A stretch of 15,207 nt of DNA from an uncultured Deinococcales bacterium (GCA_964244895.1 CAXTKV010000129.1:1-15207), one strand, 5' to 3'. Positions 6,752 through 15,073 are shown, numbered from the stretch's first letter. Numbers and translations: made by a program. The notes: generated by a model from the letters alone, not told the origin.

Positions 6752-9001
6752 TCAATCGGCGGCACTGCGGAGCACCGTCCTGGACGCGATTTTCTCCAGG
6801 GTCACGAAAGCGTTGTAGTCGGGCACGTGAGATTCCCCGGATCGTTTGCGCGCATCCAGCAGCGTGTTGCCTTCCGGCCAGTGCACCTGAAGGTTGCCGG
6901 GCTTGACGGGCACGATCATCGCGCGACCGACGAAGAAACCGTGCTGGTTGCGAAGGCGCAGTTCGTCACCGTCGCGCAACCCGAGCCTGACGGCGTCCGC
7001 GCTCGAGATCAGCACGGCCTCGCGGGTCGCACCGTTGATGGCGTCCTTGCGCTCGTGAATCATCGAGTTGAACTGCTTGCCGCGCCGCGTGGAGACGCGA
7101 AACATGCCGTCCGGCATGATCTCTCGTTCCAGGCGCACGGGCGCGAAGCGGGCGCGTTCGTCGGGAAACGAGAAGCGCCCGTTGGCGCACAGGTGCGGCC
7201 CGCCGTACTGGAAGCTGTCACCGCCTTTTTGCAGGTGCTCTATCCCCGCGTAGAACGGCACGACCCGAGCGATCTCGGCGCGCATGGCGGGCGTGCCGGA
7301 AAAATTCAGCTGCGCCGCGCGCTCTGGCCTGACGCGCCGCGCGAGTTCCGGCAGCACGTCCAGCTCCGATCTGGCGTGCGCCACGCGCGGCCCCGCGATT
7401 TCCGGCGAGAGGATCACGCGGCGCTCCGTGCTGGTTTCCGTCACGCCGCCGGGAACCTCATAGCGGGTGGTGGCGGGCAGCAGGATCACTTCTTCGCCGT
7501 CGACCAGCATCTGGCTGGAGAGCACGATGTCCATGTGGACGCGCAACGGCACGCGCTCGAGGGATTCGCGGACATCTTCGGGGTCCGGCAGGACTTCCAA
7601 AAAGTTGCCACCGATGGAAAAAAGCACGTCCAGATCGCCGGATCTGGCCGCGTCGAGCATCTCTGGGGCGCTCAGGCCGGGGCTGGACGGCACGGGGAAG
7701 CCCCATTCGGCCTCGAGCGCCGACGCATTTTCCGGGTTGACGGTTTTCCCGCCGGGGAAAGCGGTCGCGTAACACCCCATCTCCGCGCCGCCCTGCACGC
7801 CGGAGTGCCCGCGAATCGGCATCAGGCCGCACTTGTCGCGCCCGACGAAGCCGCGAGACAAGGCCAGGTTGGCGATGGCCCGGACATTGTCCTCGCCGCA
7901 GGCGTGCTGCGTGATGCCCATGCTCCAGACCAGCACGGCAGTTTTCGCCTCGCCGAGCAACTGGCCGAGCGCTTGCATCTCGAGTTTGCTCGAGCCGGAT
8001 TGGGCTTCGAGCGTGTCCCAGTCGGTCTTCTCGAGATCAGCCAGCACGCCGTCCCAACCGTTCGTGTGCGCCGCGATCCAAGCCGCGTCCTGAAGGTCAT
8101 TGTGGACGATGTGCTTGAGCGCACCCGTCAAAAACGCCGCGTCTCCGCCCGTGTTGATCAGGAACCAGCGATCGGTGATCTGCGTGCCGAACACGGCGCT
8201 TTCGGGAATGGATGGAATCCAGTAGTTGTCCATGCCGGGTTCCCGGTACGTGTTGACGCACACGACCTTCGTGCCCGCTTTCTTGGCGTAGTGCAGGTAC
8301 TTGGTGGCGACCGGCTGGTTGTTGGCCACGTTGCTACCGATGAACACGATCAGATCCGAGCCGATCCAGTCCGAGTACGAACACGTCGTGGCCGCCACGC
8401 CGATGGTTTCTTTCAGGGCGACCGTGCTGGGCGAATGGCAGACGCGCGCGGCGTTGTCGATGTTGTTCGTGCCGATGGCGCGCACGGCCTTGCCGACCGC
8501 GTAGTAGCCCTCGTTCGGCATGCCGCGAGAGGTGACGTAAAAGCCCAGGCGCTCCGGTCTGGACGCCTTTATGCGGGCCGCGATCCGATCCAGCGCCTCG
8601 TCCCACGAAATCTGAGCAAAGCCCGCCTCTCCCCTTTTGCGGATCATCGGTTGCGGCAAACGCCCCATCTCGCGGAGTTCCGCGCTGGACTTGGCCCTCA
8701 GGCTCGAGACATCGCGCAGTGCGCTGGAATCAAAGGCGGGCGCGGTGTTCATGCGCAGCAACCGCAGGCGAATGTTGCACAAGTGCGGCCCCGAGAGCGT
8801 CCAGTCCTTCAGGCCGTGCGTGCCGAGCGCGCAGCCGTCGCAGACGCCTTCGTTCAGGATGCGCCAGGCGTAATCCAGGCGGTCGCGGCTCTCCCAGGCG
8901 GCGCGGAAAACTTCCAGGTAGTTGTTCGGGCGCTGGTAACCCACCCCGAACGGTTTCCACGAGGCCCAGACGCGCGGATTCCAGGTTTTTTCGAGTTTCA
9001 C
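6752..9001 (-). CDS. FdhF/YdeP-family molybdopterin oxidoreductase
   Basis: VCDGCALG, NNIDNAARVCHSPS (Cys-His), WSMGITQH, PIRGHSGVQG and a C-terminal molybdopterin-binding domain (TRRGKQFNS...WPEGN). Start GTG 9001 (or 9004). Confidence 0.93.
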   Translation of the reverse strand: MKLEKTWNPRVWASWKPFGVGYQRPNNYLEVFRAAWESRDRLDYAWRILNEGVCDGCALGTHGLKDWTLSGPHLCNIRLRLLRMNTAPAFDSSALRDVSSLRAKSSAELREMGRLPQPMIRKRGEAGFAQISWDEALDRIAARIKASRPERLGFYVTSRGMPNEGYYAVGKAVRAIGTNNIDNAARVCHSPSTVALKETIGVAATTCSYSDWIGSDLIVFIGSNVANNQPVATKYLHYAKKAGTKVVCVNTYREPGMDNYWIPSIPESAVFGTQITDRWFLINTGGDAAFLTGALKHIVHNDLQDAAWIAAHTNGWDGVLADLEKTDWDTLEAQSGSSKLEMQALGQLLGEAKTAVLVWSMGITQHACGEDNVRAIANLALSRGFVGRDKCGLMPIRGHSGVQGGAEMGCYATAFPGGKTVNPENASALEAEWGFPVPSSPGLSAPEMLDAARSGDLDVLFSIGGNFLEVLPDPEDVRESLERVPLRVHMDIVLSSQMLVDGEEVILLPATTRYEVPGGVTETSTERRVILSPEIAGPRVAHARSELDVLPELARRVRPERAAQLNFSGTPAMRAEIARVVPFYAGIEHLQKGGDSFQYGGPHLCANGRFSFPDERARFAPVRLEREIMPDGMFRVSTRRGKQFNSMIHERKDAINGATREAVLISSADAVRLGLRDGDELRLRNQHGFFVGRAMIVPVKPGNLQVHWPEGNTLLDARKRSGESHVPDYNAFVTLEKIASRTVLRSAAD

Positions 9002-9007
9002 CACCCG

Positions 9008-9013
9008 AGTTTA
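9008..9013 (-). promoter_or_regulatory. -10 element (TAAACT) 6 nt before GTG 9001, suggesting a leaderless start
   Basis: TAnnnT-N6-GTG, with no Shine-Dalgarno sequence. Confidence 0.6.
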
Positions 9014-9092
9014 CGCGCTCGAGGTGCGCTCCGATTGGGACGAACCTCTCGGGATCGCGCAGTCAACGCAATCTCGTGCGCCCTGAGAACCC

Positions 9093-9125
9093 GGCTCGAG
9101 CATCGGGAAGACCGACGCTCGAGCC
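9093..9125. repeat. Inverted repeat built on two CTCGAG sites
   Basis: GGCTCGAGCATCGG-gaaga-CCGACGCTCGAGCC: a 14-bp stem with one G-U on the minus-strand RNA. Confidence 0.7.
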
Positions 9126-9209
9126 ATCTGCAATGCAGCCGAGGGGAAATCGAACCGCGGTTTGCCGCATCTCGAGCTGGTGCGGTTCCCATGCGCCCAG
9201 AACGATAGA

Positions 9210-9255
9210 AACACCGTCTGGTACGCAAATGCTGAAACGCGTGCTGGACGGTGTT
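9210..9255. repeat. ACCGTCC-family inverted pair at the TauE/SafE stop
   Basis: AACACCGTCTGGTACGC / GCGTGCTGGACGGTGTT. CGTGCTGGACGGTGTTC (9240-9256) is identical to 4499-4515. Confidence 0.85.
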
Positions 9256-9992
9256 CAGGAGAACAGCAAGCGCAACCCGCCCAGGAACGCGAACGCCAAC
9301 GCGAGCCGCTCGAACCAGACCTGATTGATGCGGTGAACCAGCGGCAAACCGATCAACGCGCCCGCGATCACCACGGGCGCGAGCTTCAAGTCGAACAGCA
9401 GCGATTCCGGGTTGACGATGCCCAAACCCACACCGAACGGCAACTTGAACAAGTTGACCGTCAGGTAAAACCACGCGCCCGTCCCGACGAACTCGAGCTT
9501 CGGCAGGCGCATGGCCAGCAGGTAAGTCGTCATGATCGGCCCGGCGGCGTTGGCGATCATGGTCGTGAAGCCCGCCAGCGCACCGACGGTGCCCGCCAGC
9601 CACGGGCTCTGAATGTTCAGTACTGTCCCTCGGGCGCGCCGGATGACTTCCAGGGCGATGACCGCGACCAGGATCGCCCCGACCAAGCGCTTGACGCTCA
9701 CATCATCGATCCGCCCCAACAGCGACGCCCCGACGATCACGCCGAGCGCCGCCAGCGGAAAGACCCGCCAGAGCTCTCGCCAGTTGGCGTGCCGCCTGAA
9801 GATCAGCACCGCGACGATGTCCCCGACGACCAGCAGCGGCAGCACCGCACCCGTGGATTCTCGGGCGGGCAGCAGTTGCGCGAAGATCGCCACGCCCAGA
9901 ATGCCCGCGCCCGCCACGGTCGTCTTGGACAGCCCGAAGATCAACGACGCGATCAGCGCCAGAACCCAGCCGAGGAAATCGAGGTTCAGCAC
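9255..9992 (-). CDS. Sulfite exporter TauE/SafE (TSUP) family membrane protein
   Basis: GLSKT..AGAG, STGAVLPLLVVGD, GFTTMIANAAGP, FVGTGAWFY..VNLFKLP and about 8 TM segments. Start GTG 9992 chosen because the upstream extension crosses an intergenic repeat. Confidence 0.9.
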   Translation of the reverse strand: MLNLDFLGWVLALIASLIFGLSKTTVAGAGILGVAIFAQLLPARESTGAVLPLLVVGDIVAVLIFRRHANWRELWRVFPLAALGVIVGASLLGRIDDVSVKRLVGAILVAVIALEVIRRARGTVLNIQSPWLAGTVGALAGFTTMIANAAGPIMTTYLLAMRLPKLEFVGTGAWFYLTVNLFKLPFGVGLGIVNPESLLFDLKLAPVVIAGALIGLPLVHRINQVWFERLALAFAFLGGLRLLFS

Positions 9993-10007
9993 GGAAACCG
10001 CACGAGA

Positions 10008-10061
10008 AAACCGTCCAGCACGCATCGCTCGAGCCCAGAAAAAACGCGTCCCGGACGGTTT
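10008..10061. repeat. ACCGTCC-family inverted pair
   Basis: AAACCGTCC(AGCACGC) ... (GCGTCCC)GGACGGTTT. CGCGTCCCGGACGGT (10045-10059) is identical to 5924-5938. Confidence 0.85.
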
Positions 10062-10144
10062 CCCTGAAACGATGCGGCGTGAACCTCGGGCGTGAGGGAA
10101 CACGTAGATGCTCTGGCGGATACGCGAGCGGTGGTCACGCACGG

Positions 10145-10150
10145 TATCCT
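10145..10150 (+). promoter_or_regulatory. -10 element (TATCCT) 7 nt before ATG 10158, suggesting a leaderless start
   Basis: TAnnnT-N7-ATG, with no Shine-Dalgarno sequence. Confidence 0.6.
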
Positions 10151-10157
10151 CGCACCG

Positions 10158-11288
10158 ATGCCGACGCTCGAGCAACTCCGCGCCTTCAGCGTTCACAGAA
10201 GCCTGTGGAAACCGACCAGCTTGCCCAAAGCCTTAGAGCGCATGGGCTTCGTGCAGGCCGACCCGATCCGGGCTCCGGCCCGAGCGCAGGACTTGATTCT
10301 GCGCCACCGCGTCGAGGGCTACATGGCCGGTGATCTCGAGCGGCAGTACATTGAACTCAGCATCGAAGAGGATTGCTTCGTCAATTACGGCTTCCTGGCC
10401 GCCAGGCACATGGCGCTGATGCACCCTCGGGCCTATGACGGGGTGTTGAAGATCGAACAGGAAGCGCCCGAACTGGTGTCTCGGGTGCTCGAGTTCGTGC
10501 GCGAGACCGGGCCGACGCACCCAAAAATGCTCGAGGCTCATTTCGGCAAGCTGACGGTCGGCAATAACTGGGGCGGGTCATCGCAGGCCACCACGCGCGC
10601 GCTGGACGGCCTGCACTACCGGGGTCACCTGAGGGTCGCGCGGCGCGAGAACGGCATCAAGATCTACGAGATCGCCCGGCTGGATCACGTGAAGGAAGCG
10701 CCCATGTCACCGACGGATCAGGCCAGAGGTCTGGTCGAGCTGATCCTGAACATTTACGCGCCGCTGCCCGTCAAATCGCTCAATCAACTCGTCAATTTTC
10801 TGGGTTACGGCGCACCGCACCTGAAACAGGAGGCCAGGAGAGCCGTCAAGCGCATGGTCGAGCGCGACCTCGAGCGCGCGGAAGTGAACGGCGTGCCCTT
10901 CGTCTGGCCCGCCGATGAAAAGCTTCGCGCCGACGTGCCGGATCAGCTTCGATTGCTGGCCCCATTCGATCCGGTCGTCTGGGATCGGTGGCGTTTCGAG
11001 GTCTTTCACGGCTGGGCGTACCGCTTCGAGGCGTACACGCCCGCCGCCCGACGCGAGCGCGGCTATTACGCATTGCCGCTGCTCTGGCGCGAGGGCGTGA
11101 TCGGCTGGGCGAACCTCAAGGTCGTGGCTGGAGCCTTAAAAGCGGAGATCGGTTTCGTGGGGAAGCCGCCCACGGATCGCGCCTTCAAGCTGGCGCTCGA
11201 GGCGGAACTCGAGTCCGTGCGCACCTTCCTCGGACTCGAGAATGGCGCGCTCGAGCATCAGGTGCCCGAAAAGGCTGGCCCGGTGTGA
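10158..11288 (+). CDS. YcaQ/AlkZ-like (HTH_42) interstrand-crosslink repair DNA glycosylase
   Basis: FVQADP (QxD, YcaQ-type), ARAQDLILRHR, LLAPFDPVVWDR and YRFEAYTPAARRERGYYALPLLW. Confidence 0.9.
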   Translation: MPTLEQLRAFSVHRSLWKPTSLPKALERMGFVQADPIRAPARAQDLILRHRVEGYMAGDLERQYIELSIEEDCFVNYGFLAARHMALMHPRAYDGVLKIEQEAPELVSRVLEFVRETGPTHPKMLEAHFGKLTVGNNWGGSSQATTRALDGLHYRGHLRVARRENGIKIYEIARLDHVKEAPMSPTDQARGLVELILNIYAPLPVKSLNQLVNFLGYGAPHLKQEARRAVKRMVERDLERAEVNGVPFVWPADEKLRADVPDQLRLLAPFDPVVWDRWRFEVFHGWAYRFEAYTPAARRERGYYALPLLWREGVIGWANLKVVAGALKAEIGFVGKPPTDRAFKLALEAELESVRTFLGLENGALEHQVPEKAGPV

Positions 11289-12187
11289 ACACAGGCTCGA
11301 GCAACACGGCAGGCATCGGGCTGGCCGTGTTTTCCGCGCTGGGCTTCTCGACGCTGGCGCTGTGGGGCAAGTTCGCCGGGCGGCTCGGCTTCGATTCCAG
11401 CAGCCTGAACGTGCTGCGCTTCGGCATCGCGGGTTTGATTCTGCTCGCACTCGGCTTTCATCGGGGTGCGAGCCGGGATCGGATCGGCAGGTTGCTGTTG
11501 CTGGGCGTGTGGTACGCGTCGAACACCTGGCTGTACTTCCAGGCGCTCGGGCGAATCTCGGCGGGTGTGGCGGCCATTTTGGTTTACCTCGCGCCCGCTT
11601 TCGTGATCGTGATTCGCTGGGCGCTCGGGCAGCATCCGGGCGCGCGCCAACTCCAGGCGCTCGGGCTGGTCAGCGCCGGATTGCTGGTGATCGTCGGGCT
11701 GCCCGGACCCCGGGACGCGAACGCGCTCGGGTTGACGCTCGGCGCGATGGCGGGCGCTTTTTACGGCGCGTACCTGGTCTTCACCGAACGCGCGCTGCCC
11801 GGCGTGCCCCCGTTGCAACAGACCACCTACGGCGCGCTCGGCACGGCGGCCACCTTCGCGGTTTTCGCGCTGCTGGGCGGCCACCTCGAGCCACCGCCGA
11901 ACCTGAACGGTTGGGCGGTCGTGGCGGGCATCGTGGTCTTCCCGACGCTGCTGGCGCTGCCCACGCTGTACGGTTCGATCGCCAGGATCGGCGCGGCTCG
12001 AGCCTCGATTCTGTCCTCGCTCGAACCCGTGTTCGCGGTCGGGCTGGCCTGGGTTTTTTTGGGCGAGCCGCTGTCGGTTTCCAGCGCCATCGGTGGGGCG
12101 TTGATTTTGTCCGGCGCGGTGCTGGCACAACTCGGATCAGGCGCCAAAGACACCGTCCCAGACGCGGTTTCTCGAGAACCAGTTTGA
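11285..12187 (+). CDS. DMT/EamA family transporter
   Basis: About 10 TM segments in two repeats; LRFGIA, ISAGVAAILVYLAP and IGAARASILSSLEPVFAV...LGEPL. GTGA overlap with the upstream stop. Confidence 0.92.
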   Translation: MNTGSSNTAGIGLAVFSALGFSTLALWGKFAGRLGFDSSSLNVLRFGIAGLILLALGFHRGASRDRIGRLLLLGVWYASNTWLYFQALGRISAGVAAILVYLAPAFVIVIRWALGQHPGARQLQALGLVSAGLLVIVGLPGPRDANALGLTLGAMAGAFYGAYLVFTERALPGVPPLQQTTYGALGTAATFAVFALLGGHLEPPPNLNGWAVVAGIVVFPTLLALPTLYGSIARIGAARASILSSLEPVFAVGLAWVFLGEPLSVSSAIGGALILSGAVLAQLGSGAKDTVPDAVSREPV

Positions 12188-12263
12188 TGCGACCCTCGCC
12201 CCCAAGCCCCAGCGATCGCAATCGTTCCGAGACGCGTTCGCGGGGACAGGAGTCACCGAGGAC

Positions 12264-12303
12264 ACCGTCCAGCGCGCATCCTCGAGATCACGTCCAGGAC
12301 GGT
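12264..12303. repeat. ACCGTCC-family inverted pair between convergent genes
   Basis: ACCGTCCAGCGCG ... CGTCCAGGACGGT, with the right arm identical to 597-609 and a CTCGAG in the spacer. Confidence 0.8.
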
Positions 12304-12320
12304 ATTCCAGTGGCTGAAGG

Positions 12321-13067
12321 TCACTCCGGCTCGAGTTCCAGCACCACCAGTTCCGCCGGACAGCCGAGGCGCACGGGCAGCAGGGTCGTCCCCAACCCGC
12401 GCGAAACGAAGCCGAGCGCACCTGACGAACCATTCGCTCTCACGAACCCCTGGGCGAAACGCTGCCCGTAATCCGAACCCGTGTGCAACGCACCGACCAC
12501 CGGCAACACGATCTGGCCGCCGTGCGTGTGCCCGGAGAGCGTCAAATCCACCCGCGCGGGAACGGTCACGAGTTGATCGGGGTTGTGCGCCAGCAAGATC
12601 ACCGCGCACCCGTCCGGCACGCCCTCGAGCGCCCCCTTCAGGTCGGGCTCGCCGAGCCACAGGTCGTCCACGCCCACCAGCACCAGATCATCCCGCAGCG
12701 CGACGCGTCGGTTCGTCAAAAACCTGATCCCGACCGCCTCCAGGGGCGCGATCAACCGATTGATGTCCGCCTTGAACGAACCGTGATCGTGGTTTCCCGG
12801 CACGGCGAACACGCCGAGCGGAGCGCTCAAACTCGAGACGGCCCGCACGAGCGCGTCCAGGTCGGATTGCGGAATCGGGTGATCCACGAAATCACCGGTC
12901 ACGACGATCAGGTCGGCGCGTTGCTCGAGCGCGGCAGCCACCCAGCCCTCGATCCGCCGGGCGCGTTGCAAGCGCCCGAAGTGCAAGTCGGTCAGGTGCA
13001 CCAATCGCAACGGTTCGCGCAGGCCGCGCAAGGCCCTGCGGTGCCTCGAGATGACGAAACCGGTCAT
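12321..13067 (-). CDS. Calcineurin-like metallophosphoesterase (YkuE/YaeI-like)
   Basis: DLH, GDFVD, GNHD, LAHNP and SGHTHGGQ motifs. ATG 13067 forms an ATGA overlap with the upstream gene. Confidence 0.93.
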   Translation of the reverse strand: MTGFVISRHRRALRGLREPLRLVHLTDLHFGRLQRARRIEGWVAAALEQRADLIVVTGDFVDHPIPQSDLDALVRAVSSLSAPLGVFAVPGNHDHGSFKADINRLIAPLEAVGIRFLTNRRVALRDDLVLVGVDDLWLGEPDLKGALEGVPDGCAVILLAHNPDQLVTVPARVDLTLSGHTHGGQIVLPVVGALHTGSDYGQRFAQGFVRANGSSGALGFVSRGLGTTLLPVRLGCPAELVVLELEPE

Positions 13068-13600
13068 CCTTGCGGTGGCGCGGGCGGCTGGTTCGGATCG
13101 GTTGGTGGCGCTGGTGCGGGCGTCGGTGCGGGCTCGGGCAGGCCCGTCAGTTGCAAATTCAAGCCGACGGAAATCTCCAAGCGCGCCCCCGAACCGTCCA
13201 GCGGGAAGCGGGTCATTCCCTCGAGGAGCACGCGCAATTCGGGCAGGATCGACCACTCGTACCCGACCAACACGCGGGCATCCAGAGCTCGAGAAACCGG
13301 ATCGAAGGCGTACCCGACACCCAATCCCAGGTACAACGGCCCAAACGCGTCCGGCAGGGGTCGCGTCACCGCCAGCAGGCCGATGCCGGAATTCAAACCC
13401 AGATCCAGCCGCACGCCGAACTCGTCACCGATCAAGCCCCTGGCCTCGAGTTGCGCGCCCAGCAAGAAGGCCGTCACGCCCGGAAACGACACCGCGCCCC
13501 CCGTTCGGACGCCGACGTGCAGGTTTTGCGCCGCGCTCGAGCCACCCAAAACCAAAAGGCCGATCAGTCCTCGGGCCAGCGTTTTGCTCCAGACGTTCAC
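13064..13600 (-). CDS. Secreted small outer-membrane beta-barrel-like protein with a Pro-rich tail
   Basis: Signal-peptide-like N-terminus (..LVLGGSSAA/Q) and alternating amphipathic strands (FGVRLDLG, LYLGLGVGY, ARVLVGYEW, LEISVGLNL). Confidence 0.65.
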   Translation of the reverse strand: MNVWSKTLARGLIGLLVLGGSSAAQNLHVGVRTGGAVSFPGVTAFLLGAQLEARGLIGDEFGVRLDLGLNSGIGLLAVTRPLPDAFGPLYLGLGVGYAFDPVSRALDARVLVGYEWSILPELRVLLEGMTRFPLDGSGARLEISVGLNLQLTGLPEPAPTPAPAPPTDPNQPPAPPQG

Positions 13601-13606
13601 GCCGCG

Positions 13607-13615
13607 ATCCTAACA
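13607..13615 (-). promoter_or_regulatory. Extended -10 (TGtTAGGAT) 6 nt before GTG 13600, suggesting a leaderless start
   Basis: TGnTAnnnT-N6-GTG. Confidence 0.6.
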
Positions 13616-13663
13616 AGCCCGAATGAGCCTGAAGCCCGAGTTTCGCACGCCCGAACAAACGAG

Positions 13664-13713
13664 ACCGTCCAGGAGGGTGTTTTTGAGAGCGTGGATTTAG
13701 CGTCCTGGACGGT
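13664..13713. repeat. ACCGTCC-family inverted pair between divergent genes
   Basis: Perfect 11-bp arms ACCGTCCAGGA / TCCTGGACGGT with a 28-nt spacer. Confidence 0.85.
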
Positions 13714-13748
13714 GTTCATCGGCCTCGCCCAAGGTCATCGCCCGAGAA

Positions 13749-14945
13749 ATGCTCGATCCTCGCCCCGTTTCACCCGAGCCTCGACCCGCTCGAGCCATCC
13801 GTCCCGACGTGACGCGCTATCCTTGGCGCGTGAGTTCGGGCTTGAAATGGCTTCTGGGTGTCGCGGGAATCGTGATCGCGCTGGTCGCGGTCGGTGCGTC
13901 ATACGTGCTGATTCAGTTGACCATCCTGCAACCGCCCGTGGTCGAGGCCAACGTGATCGAACGCCGTCAGGCCCGCGCCTACCGCGAAACCGAAACCATC
14001 AAACCGATCTCGAGCTACCCAAAAATCGAGGCGGGTCAGGCCGCCATCTACCGCGCCGGTTTGAACGGTCGGGTGCTGGTCTTGCTGCCCGATTCCGGCA
14101 CGGGCGCGTGGGAATTCGAGCCGTTCCTGACGGCGTTATCGCAGAACGATCGCGTTTACGCCGTGTCTTTGCGCGGCATGCTGGGCGCAAAACCGGCGAC
14201 CGGCGCCACCCTGAGCGATTACGAGCAGGACGCCACCGACGCGCTCGAAGCGGCAAGAAAAGACGCTCTCGAGCGAAGCGGAACCGGCAGCGTGCCGAAG
14301 GTCGTGCTGGTCGGGCAGGGTATGGGTACACTGCTGGCGCTCAAACTGGCGCAGGATCACCCCGAAGCGCTCGAGGGGCTGGTCTTGATCGCGCCCTACG
14401 TGCAGCGCGAGTGGAGCGATCAGCAGGCGTGGCTGGCGAGAACCCTAGGGGGAGCGTTCTACAACAACTACTGGGGTGATGCGCAGAGCGCCAGGAACTT
14501 CTGGCGCGATTACTTCCCGACCGGATTCCTGCAGCGCGACCTGGCCAACCGCTACCTGCAAACCTACGCCGATCAACGCGCGCCCTACGAGTACCGCGAC
14601 GTGCTGAACGAGGTCACGCTCGGGCCGTTGCGGTGGCTGCAGGGCGCGTACGCAAGCTTAGAGCACGCCAGGATTCCGGTGCTGCACCTGGCTGCGCGCT
14701 ACGACGTGGTCAACCCGTTGGTCGCCCAGCAGCGCTTGCGCGAGAACCTTTCGCAGACGCTCGACGAACGCTATTTTTTCGCCTCACTCAATTCCGGGCG
14801 GTTCGTCTCGATGGACTGGAAATGGCGGAACGCAGCCGCTCTACTCGAAGACTTCGTGAAGGATCTGAAGCTCGATCAACCGTTGATAGAACGCGAGACG
14901 CCGCTCGACCCGGCCACGGACGAAGACCCGCTCAACAAACGATAA
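13749..14945 (+). CDS. Membrane-anchored alpha/beta-hydrolase-fold protein, apparently non-catalytic
   Basis: N-terminal TM (WLLGVAGIVIALVAVGASYVLI) and fold hallmarks VYAVSLRG, VVLVGQGMG, LEGLVLIAP and IPVLHLAARYDVV. Start position uncertain. Confidence 0.8.
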   Translation: MLDPRPVSPEPRPARAIRPDVTRYPWRVSSGLKWLLGVAGIVIALVAVGASYVLIQLTILQPPVVEANVIERRQARAYRETETIKPISSYPKIEAGQAAIYRAGLNGRVLVLLPDSGTGAWEFEPFLTALSQNDRVYAVSLRGMLGAKPATGATLSDYEQDATDALEAARKDALERSGTGSVPKVVLVGQGMGTLLALKLAQDHPEALEGLVLIAPYVQREWSDQQAWLARTLGGAFYNNYWGDAQSARNFWRDYFPTGFLQRDLANRYLQTYADQRAPYEYRDVLNEVTLGPLRWLQGAYASLEHARIPVLHLAARYDVVNPLVAQQRLRENLSQTLDERYFFASLNSGRFVSMDWKWRNAAALLEDFVKDLKLDQPLIERETPLDPATDEDPLNKR

Positions 14946-14955
14946 AAACGTCTGC

Positions 14956-14984
14956 TTGCGAGAACTGGCTCGAGACGGTAAAAT
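14956..14984 (+). promoter_or_regulatory. Sigma70-type promoter of tRNA-Gly
   Basis: TTGCGA-N17-TAAAAT, ending 9 nt before the tRNA. Confidence 0.8.
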
Positions 14985-14993
14985 TTGGGGGAT

Positions 14994-15069
<76 letters not shown>

Positions 15070-15073
15070 CCAC

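Noticed and set aside
8402..8460. Selenocysteine in the FdhF-like active site
   Set aside because: The ligand codon is TGC (Cys) in RVCHS, and there is no in-frame TGA.
6593..9208. 871-aa plus-strand ORF
   Set aside because: Antisense shadow of the FdhF/YdeP gene, typical of high-GC codon bias, with no recognisable motifs.
9014..9209. Moco riboswitch upstream of the molybdoenzyme
   Set aside because: No consensus recognised, and the gene appears leaderless from the -10 at 9008-9013.
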